A DNA stretch of 64,000 nucleotides from Gammaproteobacteria bacterium (GTDB lineage Bacteria > Pseudomonadota > Gammaproteobacteria > G965277405), in NCBI GenBank assembly GCA_965277405.1, contig OZ255726.1:384001-448000 (forward strand), given 5' to 3'. The position numbers were made by a program, and so were the translations under genes. A model generated the notes under the pieces. It ran no database searches, was not told the DNA's origin, and was given only the letters and a program-made list of their open reading frames with translations. Positions within the stretch are counted from its first letter, which is position 1. Every line of letters begins with the position of its first letter. Below are positions 19,631-29,457 of this stretch, in pieces.

Positions 19631-20696
19631 ATTGCTGTGGATCATGGATATACACGTATTCAACGCGTGTTCCCAAGCAGGCAAATAGCGTATTCACTAA
19701 GGTATTGGCCTGTATGGCAACTTGGGTAACAGCAATAGTATTTCCCCATAGCTCAACGCTATCTCCTATCGCTATTCTGTCGATATTGCTACAGTCAATG
19801 CTCAGCGTATCCATTGAAACCAGACCAATAATTGCAGCTATACCTTTGGCATGGGCGACAGATGCCCCAGTGATTTCTCTTGGATAGCCGTCACCGTAGC
19901 CACAGCCAACTGTGGCTACGACTGTGCGCCGCTGTGCTGTCCATGTTGCCCCATAGCCAACGCTCTCTCCTGCGTCGATTGTACGGATTGCAATTATTTT
20001 TGCATGGAGTGACATCACAGGCCGCAAATCAACACCCGCGTCATTCAGACAATGCGAGACCCCGTACAACATAATCCCTGGGCGGGTTGGCGCATTGCTA
20101 TCTGGCAACATTGCAGTCAAAATTGCTGCTGAGTTTGCTGTGCTGATGGGTAGGCCATATGCTTGCAATGATTCAATATGACGCAGTTGCATTGCATGGA
20201 ATGGATGCTCTGGTTTTTCAGAACAGGCAAAATGGGTAAATAGTCCGCTGACTTGAATATTATTATTGCTACATGTTTGCAATGCTGCTGGCACTGCTTC
20301 CAGTGAATAGCCGAGCCGATTCATTCCAGTTGATATTTTGAGCCAGATGGGTAAAAGCCCGCTGTTAGCATTGAGCAACGCCAATTGGAAATCGCTATTG
20401 ATTACCAGGGTAATAGCATGTTGATATGCTAGCTTTATTTCTTGTAGCGAAAATCCACCTTCTAAGGCTATCAGTGGTTGGCTAATACCTGCCGTGCGCA
20501 GCTCTACGGCTTCTGCAACTGTTGCAAGTGCAAAACCATCGGCAATATCTGCGATTGCTCGCGCACATTGGATTGCTCCATGTCCGTAGGCATTTGCTTT
20601 GAGTACCGCCCAAGCAGCAGTGCTTTGTTGTTGTTTAGCGACTAAATAATTATGCCGAATTGCTTGTATATTGATGTATGCATGTACTGTGCGCAT
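19620..20696 (-). CDS. alr: Alanine racemase
   Basis: AVLKANAYGHG (PLP lysine), TGMNRLG, RPGIMLYG, GYGDGYPR, VSMD. Confidence 0.95.
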   Translation of the reverse strand: MRTVHAYINIQAIRHNYLVAKQQQSTAAWAVLKANAYGHGAIQCARAIADIADGFALATVAEAVELRTAGISQPLIALEGGFSLQEIKLAYQHAITLVINSDFQLALLNANSGLLPIWLKISTGMNRLGYSLEAVPAALQTCSNNNIQVSGLFTHFACSEKPEHPFHAMQLRHIESLQAYGLPISTANSAAILTAMLPDSNAPTRPGIMLYGVSHCLNDAGVDLRPVMSLHAKIIAIRTIDAGESVGYGATWTAQRRTVVATVGCGYGDGYPREITGASVAHAKGIAAIIGLVSMDTLSIDCSNIDRIAIGDSVELWGNTIAVTQVAIQANTLVNTLFACLGTRVEYVYIHDPQQCKL

Positions 20697-20707
20697 AATG
20701 CGATGTG

Positions 20708-22240
20708 TTACCCTCTGTACACACCAATGTTGCTATTATCTTCTGACTGTAGTTTTTTTGTAAATGTTCCTACGGAATAGGATCCATCGTCATCAAAATC
20801 ATCAGCCATATGCTCCATGTCCATTTGATCTGGAAGTGGATCAGAAAACTTAGACCTAGTGTTTACGTAATTAAGATATACCGAACCAACGGGACCATTG
20901 CGTTGCTTGCCGATAACAATTTGTGCTTTTCCTTTTAACTTAGGCACATTCTTTTCATACACTTCCGCACGATAAATAAACATAATTAGATCAGCGTCTT
21001 GTTCGATTGATCCTGAATCACGAAGGTCAGACATTTGCGGAGTTTTATCACCGCGTTTCTCAAGTTCTCGATTTAATTGTGACAGCACCACCACTGGAAC
21101 ATTAAACTCGCGAGCAATCATTTTAAGCATGCGGGTATCATGAGAAACCTGAGTTGTCCTGTTGGCTTGCGAAAGTTCTGGAGCCGATTGCATCAATTGT
21201 AAATAGTCAATCATCACCAAACCAAGCTCCACACCTTTACATAGCATCCGTTTTACCTTACGGATCCGCGAGCGGATTTGAGTTGTTGATAATGCGTTTG
21301 AATCGTCAATAAGAATGTTATAGCTATCCAATGCCGCCATGCTATCGATCAAACTACTTGTATCTTTATCGTTAATTTCTCCCGTGCGCAGTTTATCGTG
21401 ATCGACATTGGCAAGCGAAGACAACATGCGCATAATCAGTTGGTCGCCAGGCATCTCTAAACTGAAAAGTATCGATGCTGGCACTGGTTGATTGATTTGC
21501 TGGTAACGGGCACACATATTTTCGATAATGTTAAGCGCAAATGTTGTTTTACCCATACTTGGTCTAGCAGCAATGACGACCAGCTCGCCTGGGTGCAAGC
21601 CGGTTGTCATGGCATCTAGTCGTTTAAAACCCATTGGTAGGCCAGTAATCCCATTCGGGTTATCTTTGAGCGCTGCCAGCTTTTCCCACGCGATTTTACT
21701 AAATTCATTTATTTTGCGCGGACCATCAGCTCCATCTGCTGCGGTTGCAATACTAAATATTTTACTATCCGCAATATCCAAAATATCTTCAGTGCTGCGG
21801 CTGCTACCCCCACTGTTTACAGGTTTATCAATCAAGTTTACTATTGCAGCACAGGCGTCGAGCAAAGCACGCAGTTTTGCTTTGTCTGCAATGATTTTTG
21901 CATAACTTAAGGTATTTTCAGAACCAGGGGTGTAAAAGCATAAATCAGTTAATAGCTCAAGGGTAATGCTATGGCCTGATGGCGCGTTAGTTTGTGCTAG
22001 GGCATTGACCGTAATCGGGTCAGCGGCTTGCCCACTATTCTTTAATGCTTGAATAAGCTTGAAAATTTCTTCATGGTTTGGGCTAACAAAACTATTTGCT
22101 TGCACTAAACCATAGATATCGTCAAATAAATCGTTGTTATTTAACAGGCTACCAAGGACCGCTTTTTCAGCATCAGCTGATGCTGGCGTCTTTGGTGCTG
22201 GTTGTTTCTGCGGTTGTGTATCTTTAGGAGTATCTGACAT
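20708..22240 (-). CDS. dnaB: Replicative DNA helicase
   Basis: AARPSMGKT, FSLEM, IDYLQLM, LSQLNR, SDLRDSGSIEQDAD, KQRNGP. Confidence 0.97.
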   Translation of the reverse strand: MSDTPKDTQPQKQPAPKTPASADAEKAVLGSLLNNNDLFDDIYGLVQANSFVSPNHEEIFKLIQALKNSGQAADPITVNALAQTNAPSGHSITLELLTDLCFYTPGSENTLSYAKIIADKAKLRALLDACAAIVNLIDKPVNSGGSSRSTEDILDIADSKIFSIATAADGADGPRKINEFSKIAWEKLAALKDNPNGITGLPMGFKRLDAMTTGLHPGELVVIAARPSMGKTTFALNIIENMCARYQQINQPVPASILFSLEMPGDQLIMRMLSSLANVDHDKLRTGEINDKDTSSLIDSMAALDSYNILIDDSNALSTTQIRSRIRKVKRMLCKGVELGLVMIDYLQLMQSAPELSQANRTTQVSHDTRMLKMIAREFNVPVVVLSQLNRELEKRGDKTPQMSDLRDSGSIEQDADLIMFIYRAEVYEKNVPKLKGKAQIVIGKQRNGPVGSVYLNYVNTRSKFSDPLPDQMDMEHMADDFDDDGSYSVGTFTKKLQSEDNSNIGVYRG

Positions 22241-22268
22241 GGGTCTCCAAAATATAGGGTAAACGAAC

Positions 22269-22345
22269 TGGTGCGCCCGGAGGGATTCGAACCCCCGACC
22301 TACTGGTTCGAAGCCAGTTGCTCTATCCGGCTGAGCTACAGGCGC
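22269..22345 (-). tRNA. tRNA-Arg, anticodon UCG
   Basis: GCGCCTGTAGCTCAGCCGGATAGAGCAACTGGCTTCGAACCAGTAGGTCGGGGGTTCGAATCCCTCCGGGCGCACCA; stem ACTGG/CCAGT, loop CT-TCG-AA, A20, encoded CCA. Confidence 0.95.
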
Positions 22346-22354
22346 TCGTGTCGC

Positions 22355-23242
22355 TTATTGGGCATAACCATATTTTTTGATTTGTTTCATGAAGGAAAAA
22401 AACTCACTATCTGGTGCTACTACAAAAATATCACTCTTATCTTTAAATGTTGCTTCGTAGGCTTTTAACGAACGATATAATTCAAAGAAATCTGAATTTT
22501 GGCTATATGCATCAGCATATGTTTGTGCTGCCAACGCATCACCTTTACCACGCAATATTTCAGATTGACGGTATGCATCAGACTCGATGATAAGTTTCTG
22601 TTTATCCGCTTTAGCTCGAATAGCTTCAGATTTTTCACGACCTTCAGATCGCAGTTCTCGCGCTAACCGCTCGCGTTCAGAAATCATCCGCTCATATACT
22701 GAGCGACTCACTGTTTCTGGCAGGTTTAATTTGCGAACACGGACATCAATAATGCGGACACCAAGTTCACGGCGGATTGTTGTATCTAGTGCAGTTGTGA
22801 GCTCGCTCATCGCCAAATCGCGATCGCCTGATATTACTTCATTAACTGTCCGTTCACCATATTGGTTACGCAGACCAGTATTTACACGGGCGGCAATCAA
22901 CCGCTCCGCATTGCTGACATTGCCATTTGTCGCTGTATAAAATACTGGTACTTTATCAATTTTCCATTTAACATACGTATCCACAACTAAAGCTTTCTTC
23001 TCTTTAGTCAGATATTCTTCAGGTCGTGCATCAAGGGTTTGTACTCGGCTATCAAATTTGATCACTTGGTCAGCAAAAGGCACTTTTATGTGCAAGCCAG
23101 GCAGCACATTGTCGTGAGTAACTTCTCCGAAACGCAGCACAACAGCACGCTGTCGTTCGTCGACAACAAATAACACTTGTGAGGCGATGAGTGCTGCGAG
23201 AGCCAAAATAACGAGTAAAAAAACTGGAAATGAGCGAGACAT
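22355..23242 (-). CDS. hflC: FtsH modulator HflC
   Basis: SPFH domain, VVLRFG, RMISER, FFELYRSLKAY, PDSEFF. Confidence 0.96.
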   Translation of the reverse strand: MSRSFPVFLLVILALAALIASQVLFVVDERQRAVVLRFGEVTHDNVLPGLHIKVPFADQVIKFDSRVQTLDARPEEYLTKEKKALVVDTYVKWKIDKVPVFYTATNGNVSNAERLIAARVNTGLRNQYGERTVNEVISGDRDLAMSELTTALDTTIRRELGVRIIDVRVRKLNLPETVSRSVYERMISERERLARELRSEGREKSEAIRAKADKQKLIIESDAYRQSEILRGKGDALAAQTYADAYSQNSDFFELYRSLKAYEATFKDKSDIFVVAPDSEFFSFMKQIKKYGYAQ

Positions 23243-24483
23243 TAGCGTTGCTGTGATTGAGGGGAAATCGTAGGGTTGGCGCTGCGTTGGCGCGAACGTA
23301 GTTCATCAACAATACGATCAGTAAGGAACTCTACTTCAGAGTTTGAGAGAGAACCTGCGGATACGGGAGAATTGCTGCTTGAGCCACTGCTAATAGACCT
23401 ACCGCCTTGGCGCATTATTTGATCAAGCGGTATATATAGCATGTTGTTACTCCCGTTCTTGGTATCGATAACAATCTTACTCGTGCTACTAAACACTTGT
23501 TGCATTGTATCTAAATACAGTCGTCGCGTCATGATGACAGGTGCTTTTTCATATTCACTTAAAATCTGCACAAAGCGATTGGCTTCACCTTTGGCACGCG
23601 CAATGACACTTTCTTTATACCCGCGCGCATCTTCAATGATACGTTGCGCTTGTCCACGTGCTTCTGGAACAATACCGTTGGCGTATGCAGTTGCTTCGTT
23701 CACCACCCGCACCTTATCTTCACGCGCTTTTATAACATCATCAAACGCTGGTTTTACTGGGTCTGGCGGCTTGGCTTCAAGGATGTTCACCCCACGAATT
23801 TCTAAGCCAGTACCATACGTATCAAGATACTGCTGGACACGTTCACGGATACTGCTGGCAATGCGAGCACGGCCGCTGGTAATAACATCGTCAAGTGTGG
23901 AGCTGCCAACAACATGACGCAGCGCACTATCTGTTGCAACACCTAGGCTCTGCTCAGGATTACGGACATTAAGTACAAAATCTTTGCCGCTGCCAATTTT
24001 GTATTGTACCTGTAAGGTGATTTGCACGATGTTTTCATCTTCTGTCAGCATATCACCACGAAAATTTTGATCACGAACCCGTGTTTGATTGATCCGTGTT
24101 ACATCGTCAATGAGTGGCGGCTGCCAACGTAGCCCTGGAAATAACTCGCTATGATATTTGCCAAAGCGCAATACCACCCCACGTTCCTGCTCGTTAATGA
24201 TGTAAAAGCCACTCATTACCCAAATAATACCAATCAGAGCAATCGCTGCCAATACTAATGCAGTTGTTGGCAAGGTAAACCCACCCGAACCAGAATTATT
24301 TTTTGGCGGCTGACCGCCGTTGCTATTACCTGACCCAGATTGTTTGCGATTATTTGGTTTATTAAACAATCCGCCAACGCCTGAACGCCATTTATCAAGC
24401 AGTTCTTCTAAATCAGGTGGTCCTTGATTCCCTGAATTTTTATCCTTGTCACCCCAAGGGTTTTGATCTTGATTTGAGTTCAT
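23242..24483 (-). CDS. hflK: FtsH modulator HflK
   Basis: QNPWG..QGPPDLEE, MLTEDENIV, AFDDVIKARED, RLYLDTM. Confidence 0.96.
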   Translation of the reverse strand: MNSNQDQNPWGDKDKNSGNQGPPDLEELLDKWRSGVGGLFNKPNNRKQSGSGNSNGGQPPKNNSGSGGFTLPTTALVLAAIALIGIIWVMSGFYIINEQERGVVLRFGKYHSELFPGLRWQPPLIDDVTRINQTRVRDQNFRGDMLTEDENIVQITLQVQYKIGSGKDFVLNVRNPEQSLGVATDSALRHVVGSSTLDDVITSGRARIASSIRERVQQYLDTYGTGLEIRGVNILEAKPPDPVKPAFDDVIKAREDKVRVVNEATAYANGIVPEARGQAQRIIEDARGYKESVIARAKGEANRFVQILSEYEKAPVIMTRRLYLDTMQQVFSSTSKIVIDTKNGSNNMLYIPLDQIMRQGGRSISSGSSSNSPVSAGSLSNSEVEFLTDRIVDELRSRQRSANPTISPQSQQR

Positions 24484-24495
24484 ACGAGTCGTGCG

Positions 24496-24741
24496 TTATG
24501 GTGTGTTTATTTCTTCAAGCGGCAGAGAGCTCAAATCAACATTTTGAGCTGGGACAACAGTTGAAATTGAATGTTTATATACAAGTTGGGTAATGGTGTT
24601 TTTGAGCAACAAGCAATATGCGTCGAAAGCTTCAATCTTTCCTTGTAGTTTAATGCCGTTGGCAAGAAAAATATTCACGTCTGTTTGGTCTATTCGTAAG
24701 GCGTTGAGATACGGTTCTTGCAACGTTACTTGCTTGGTCAT
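24496..24741 (-). CDS. hfq: RNA chaperone Hfq
   Basis: [28 protein letters not shown]. Confidence 0.95.
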   Translation of the reverse strand: MTKQVTLQEPYLNALRIDQTDVNIFLANGIKLQGKIEAFDAYCLLLKNTITQLVYKHSISTVVPAQNVDLSSLPLEEINTP

Positions 24742-24779
24742 GTGAGTTCCATTTGTTGTATTTATAATCTAAAAAGCTT

Positions 24780-25748
24780 CTATTCTAATTGTGAAGCCCG
24801 CTGAATTGTATCAAGGGCTTTTGATAAAGCAAAAGCATCGTGTAATTTTACAGTATCAATCCAGTTGATGTTGTCCATTGCCCGCAGCCAAGTGTATTGG
24901 CGTTTGGCAAACTGACGCGTTGCAAACAATGTTTGCTCGAACATACATTGTGTTGACAATGAGGTTTTCAAGCCTGCAAATATCTGTCGATAGCCTATTG
25001 CACGACGAACTGGTTGACAAATACCCATAGGGAACTGTTGCTGTAATTGGATGACTTCAGCAACAAAGCCAGCAGAGAACATTTGCTTAAGCCGCTGTTC
25101 GATTCGTAAATGCAATTGCACTCGCGGCGTATCTAAAGCAAAGCATTGAATATTAAATGGAGCTGGCCTCTTTGGATGCGCTAATAAATACAGTGACATT
25201 GGCGTCTGTGTGGTATGGATAACTTGCAGCGCGCGGCAAATGCGTTGGCTATCATTTGGTTGTAATTGCTTTGCATATACAGGGTCTGCTGCTTGTAATG
25301 CCGCAAACAGTAACGGTAATTCGCCATTGTCTATCTGCTGTGTAAGTTGTTGTGCATACTGAGGGTCACTTGCTGGCAAAGCTGACAATCCTCGTATCAG
25401 CGCATTGAGATATAGCATACTACCACCAACAAATACGGGGACTCGTTGCTGCGCAAACACATGCTGACAAATCGATATGGCATCTGCATAAAATTGACCA
25501 ACATTATAGGCGGTAGTGACGTCTCGAATGTTGACAAGCTGGAGTGCAGCTGCCGCGATTTCCTTGTCACTGGGTTTTGCAGTTCCAATGTTTGTTTGTT
25601 TGTAGACCAGCATAGAGTCTGCGTTGATGAGCTGAAAGCGTTTATTAGCGGCAAGAGCAAACGACAAGCTACTCTTGCCTGTTGCGGTGGCACCAACGAT
25701 GGCGATTGCTGTAGAGCGGTTATTTGTTTTTTTCATCATCATCATCAT
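24780..25748 (-). CDS. miaA: tRNA dimethylallyltransferase (start within the (ATG)5 run, 25736-25748)
   Basis: GATATGKS, ADSMLVY, IGTAKP, VGGSMLY, IGYRQ, TRQFAKRQYTW; upstream of hfq. Confidence 0.93.
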   Translation of the reverse strand: MMMMMKKTNNRSTAIAIVGATATGKSSLSFALAANKRFQLINADSMLVYKQTNIGTAKPSDKEIAAAALQLVNIRDVTTAYNVGQFYADAISICQHVFAQQRVPVFVGGSMLYLNALIRGLSALPASDPQYAQQLTQQIDNGELPLLFAALQAADPVYAKQLQPNDSQRICRALQVIHTTQTPMSLYLLAHPKRPAPFNIQCFALDTPRVQLHLRIEQRLKQMFSAGFVAEVIQLQQQFPMGICQPVRRAIGYRQIFAGLKTSLSTQCMFEQTLFATRQFAKRQYTWLRAMDNINWIDTVKLHDAFALSKALDTIQRASQLE

Positions 25749-25761
25749 ATAGAGGCGGCTC

Positions 25762-26919
25762 ATGACCATATCTGTTTTTCATTATCCAACGCACATTGTA
25801 TTTGGTAATGGTGCCGTGCAACAGCTCCCCCAACTATTTCGCAACTCACCCATAACATTGCCGCTATTAGTAACTGATGTCAACTTGCAACACAGCCAAG
25901 GGTTTGCATTTGTACAACGTACATTTCAAGGTGCAGCTATATTTATATTAGCAGCGCCAGACCCTACGCTTGAGCATCTTAACGCTGGGATTGAAACGTT
26001 TTTAGCCAACAAATGCGACGGTGTTATTGCGTATGGAGGTGGATCGAGTCTTGATATTGGCAAGATGATAGGGTTTATGCAGCAACAAACGCTATCAGTT
26101 TGGAAATTTGAAGATTTTGGTGACAATTGGCAGCAGGCCGACTCACGGGTTATTGCGCCGACGATTGCCATCCCAACAACGTCTGGCACAGGTTCAGAAG
26201 TAGGACGCGCTGCCGTCCTAACAAATGTAGACGAACAAATTAAAAAAATTTTATTCCACCCAAAAATGATGCCAATCGTCACTATCGCAGACCCAGAATT
26301 AACCCAAACAATGCCGAGGCGCGTAACTCTAGGTACTGGGATGGATGCGTTTGCGCATAACTTTGAGGCGTATTGCGCGCGTGGTTATAATCCGCTCGCT
26401 GACGCATTAGCGCTAGAAGGGATGCGCTATATTCGACACGCGCTTGAGCGTGTATTGCAAGACCCCAACGATTTACCAGCGCGGGGAAAAATGATGATGG
26501 GGTCGATTTTTGGTGGCGCGGCATTCCAAAAGGGGCAAGGCGCCATCCATGCATTGTCGCATCCAATCGGCGCCTTATTTCACTGTCATCACGGCATGAC
26601 CAATGGCACATTATTGCCATATGTAATGGCGTATAACAAGCAAGTAATAACTGGGAAAATAGACAGAGTTGCTCACGCGTTAGCGTTAGAGAATAGCGAG
26701 TTTACCACAGTGCTTGATTGGTTGAATAAATGGCGGATTCAACTTGGTGTTGCGCATACTTTGGGTGAACTTGGAGCGCCAGCTGGGCATGATGCCAAGA
26801 TAGCTATACGTTCGTTGAGCGACCCGTCAGCACGCAGCAATCCAAGGGAATTAACAAGACAAGGTGCTAGCAATATATTGGCAGCCGCACGCGCCGGCGA
26901 CGTCGGCTATGTTATATAA
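25762..26919 (+). CDS. Iron-containing alcohol dehydrogenase
   Basis: GGGSSLD, PTTSGTGSE, DAFAHNFE, HALSH, HHG. Confidence 0.92.
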   Translation: MTISVFHYPTHIVFGNGAVQQLPQLFRNSPITLPLLVTDVNLQHSQGFAFVQRTFQGAAIFILAAPDPTLEHLNAGIETFLANKCDGVIAYGGGSSLDIGKMIGFMQQQTLSVWKFEDFGDNWQQADSRVIAPTIAIPTTSGTGSEVGRAAVLTNVDEQIKKILFHPKMMPIVTIADPELTQTMPRRVTLGTGMDAFAHNFEAYCARGYNPLADALALEGMRYIRHALERVLQDPNDLPARGKMMMGSIFGGAAFQKGQGAIHALSHPIGALFHCHHGMTNGTLLPYVMAYNKQVITGKIDRVAHALALENSEFTTVLDWLNKWRIQLGVAHTLGELGAPAGHDAKIAIRSLSDPSARSNPRELTRQGASNILAAARAGDVGYVI

Positions 26920-26965
26920 CGTTGCGATACTCATCACCAACAGCAAACCATAAATCCTGCTTTAA

Positions 26966-27012
26966 GGAACATTTGATTAAGTCGCTGATGGAGCGAGTTA
27001 AGCAGAGCTTCC
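26966..27012 (-). mobile_element. 47-bp mini-MITE (two TIRs around the TCGCT/AGCGA hairpin)
   Basis: GGAACATTTGATTAAGTCGCTGATGGAGCGAGTTAAGCAGAGCTTCC. Confidence 0.8.
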
Positions 27013-27044
27013 TAAGAAATGCTCTCGACAATTATCGTAATTTG

Positions 27045-27923
27045 TCATTCGGCACGTTGCACTAACGACTTAACCTGAATTTCGTCAGCAAGCGCAAGCA
27101 AGGGCGGCAGCGGACGGGCATACGTTGGATCACTATACAATTCAGCTAATAATGACTTCAAGGCGACCAGCCCTCCATGGTCGTTAACAATTTTAACGCG
27201 TTTCACTATGAGTTCTTCGAGTTTGGATGCAACCTGTCCTCCATATAGGGTCACACAATCAGCAGGGAATACATTCACCAAACCAGCAATCATTCCTGCG
27301 CCACCTGTCATAACCAAGCGACTCAAGATACGCGCATCGCCGGTAAAAATCGATAAATCTGGAAACAAAGAAATAAGTTTTAGCCCATTTGCTAGATCAC
27401 CTGTGGAGTCTTTAATCCCAACAACACGTGTCCCCAAACGCAGGCAAACATTTTGAATAAGTTGTGGCGTAAAAGTCACACCACTAAAAACAGGAAAATT
27501 GTATAGCACGATGTCAAGATCAGGAGCGCCAGCGGCTTTGACTACAGCATCAAAGAAATCTACTACGCCATTGTCAGATGCTTCATAATAAAATGGTGGA
27601 ATAATAAGCGCAGCTCGGCATCCTATACCTGCTGCCTTGCGGTATAAACACGCCGCATCATCTACAGACGAGGCAATAATCCCAACAATTTGCCGCTGCA
27701 TATCAAACCCTGCAGTCACCATGATGTCCAGAGCGTCAGTTTTTTGTTGTGCCGATAAAGAAGCACCTTCTCCCGTCGTTCCGAACACCGAGGTAAAAGC
27801 GCATCCTTCATCCAACATTTTGCGGCAATGCACAGCAAGACGAGCGGCATCAATTGCAAAGTTGACATCAACTGGTGTGACTGCAGCCCCGATGACGCCC
27901 TTTAAATCCGTGTTTTTTCGCAT
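27045..27923 (-). CDS. Dihydrodipicolinate synthase/N-acetylneuraminate lyase family aldolase
   Basis: GTTGEG, PPFYY, LYNFP, GIKDS. Confidence 0.9.
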   Translation of the reverse strand: MRKNTDLKGVIGAAVTPVDVNFAIDAARLAVHCRKMLDEGCAFTSVFGTTGEGASLSAQQKTDALDIMVTAGFDMQRQIVGIIASSVDDAACLYRKAAGIGCRAALIIPPFYYEASDNGVVDFFDAVVKAAGAPDLDIVLYNFPVFSGVTFTPQLIQNVCLRLGTRVVGIKDSTGDLANGLKLISLFPDLSIFTGDARILSRLVMTGGAGMIAGLVNVFPADCVTLYGGQVASKLEELIVKRVKIVNDHGGLVALKSLLAELYSDPTYARPLPPLLALADEIQVKSLVQRAE

Positions 27924-28013
27924 GCACTTTCCCCAAAATTCTTAATTTTAACACTATAGCTAAACTGATATGAAGTAATACAATTACCACTCCAAATAAT
28001 AAGGGGCCTCTAA

Positions 28014-28296
28014 GGAAGCTCTGATTAAGTCCATGACGGGCGAGACGGAAAAAAACGCTGATGATAACTAGACGCAGTGCGCAGATAATACTGGTGGTAT
28101 TATCAAGTGCTGCAACGACGTTAGCGCAGCGTTTTTTCCCGGCCTTCTATTAATATATGATGGTTTGCCTACAAGCGGTACTTGCTGTGTTGCATCCCTT
28201 GGCGTATATGCTACGGCATGCTCCTGCGGAATGCGCCTTGCAATCATCAGCAATTGCAGGCAAACTCGCTCCATCAGCGACTTAATCAGAGCTTCC
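28014..28296 (+). mobile_element. Complete MITE
   Basis: Both TIRs; flanks CTAA / CCAA. Confidence 0.94.
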
Positions 28297-28462
28297 CCAA
28301 TTAACTTACTGATGGTGCGATGATTGCATCGCGTATACTTTAGAATACACTTAAGGTATGCGATACACGCGAAATTTACCCTCAACCCCATACAGGACTG
28401 GTAAAAACATCATGGAATTAATCAGAACTTAACGGAAGTAATTAAAGAGCAAGGAGAAACAC

Positions 28463-29455
28463 ATGAAAATTAACAAAATAATTGCCGCTGCAATATGTTG
28501 CTCGGCATTCACTGCACCTGCATTTACTGCAGACATGATTGAAATAAAATATACCACAGTCTCAGTCCCGACTGATTTTCATACTAAAGCCATGCAGGTG
28601 TTTAAAAAATCACTTACCAAGGCGGTGCCAAACAGATTTAATATCCAACTGTATGATTCAGGGTCGCTATTTAAATCAGGTCCTGATCTTGATGCTTTGC
28701 AACGGGATAATGCGGAAATGGCATACTTATCATTTCAACTCATTGCTGACGAAATACCTAAATACAGCGTTCTTACTGCCGGTTATCTGTTTAAAAGCCC
28801 TGAACATTACCGTACTTTTCTTGCATCTGATATTGGTAAAATATTCATACAAGACGTAGCAGACATTATGGATGTGCAAATCCTTGATGCATGTTACTTG
28901 GGCACGCGAGAACTTAATCTAAGAAAAGTGCGTGATGTGCAAACTCCTGCTGATTTGGCTGGAGTAAAGCTGCGCATGCCAGGCTCAGATTCATGGTTGT
29001 TTTTAGGTGATGCCTTAGGTGCCGCAGCGACTCCTATGCCATTTGGTGAAGTATATCTTGGACTACAAACTGGAACTATTGATGCGCAGGATAATCCGCT
29101 TCCTACAATCGAAGCCGCTAAATTCTACGAAGTGACAAAACAAATAGTTATGACCAATCACTTAGTTGATGCAATCAATATCATTGTTAACAACACAACT
29201 TGGAGCAAATTAACAAAAATTGAACAGCAGGCCATGCGCCAAGCAGCGGTTGATTCATGCAACTGGAATAACGCACATCGCCAAGCAGAAGAAGCTCGAT
29301 TAATCGATGTATTTATCAGCAAAGGGCTTACGGTCACAACCCCAAATGTTGCAGCGTTCCGCAAACATGTACAAGCGTATTATGTGAATTCGGATAGATC
29401 GCAAGATTGGCCAACAGGTTGGATAGAAAAAGTCAATGCAATGGCTAAGGACTAG
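28463..29455 (+). CDS. dctP: TRAP transporter substrate-binding protein
   Basis: Signal peptide, DLAGVKLRMP, TPMPFGEVYLGLQTGTIDAQDNP, KFYEV. Confidence 0.93.
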   Translation: MKINKIIAAAICCSAFTAPAFTADMIEIKYTTVSVPTDFHTKAMQVFKKSLTKAVPNRFNIQLYDSGSLFKSGPDLDALQRDNAEMAYLSFQLIADEIPKYSVLTAGYLFKSPEHYRTFLASDIGKIFIQDVADIMDVQILDACYLGTRELNLRKVRDVQTPADLAGVKLRMPGSDSWLFLGDALGAAATPMPFGEVYLGLQTGTIDAQDNPLPTIEAAKFYEVTKQIVMTNHLVDAINIIVNNTTWSKLTKIEQQAMRQAAVDSCNWNNAHRQAEEARLIDVFISKGLTVTTPNVAAFRKHVQAYYVNSDRSQDWPTGWIEKVNAMAKD

Positions 29456-29457
29456 CG

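Noticed and set aside
22271-22468. ORF MRPEGFEPPTYWFEASCS..
   Set aside because: It is the antisense translation of the tRNA.
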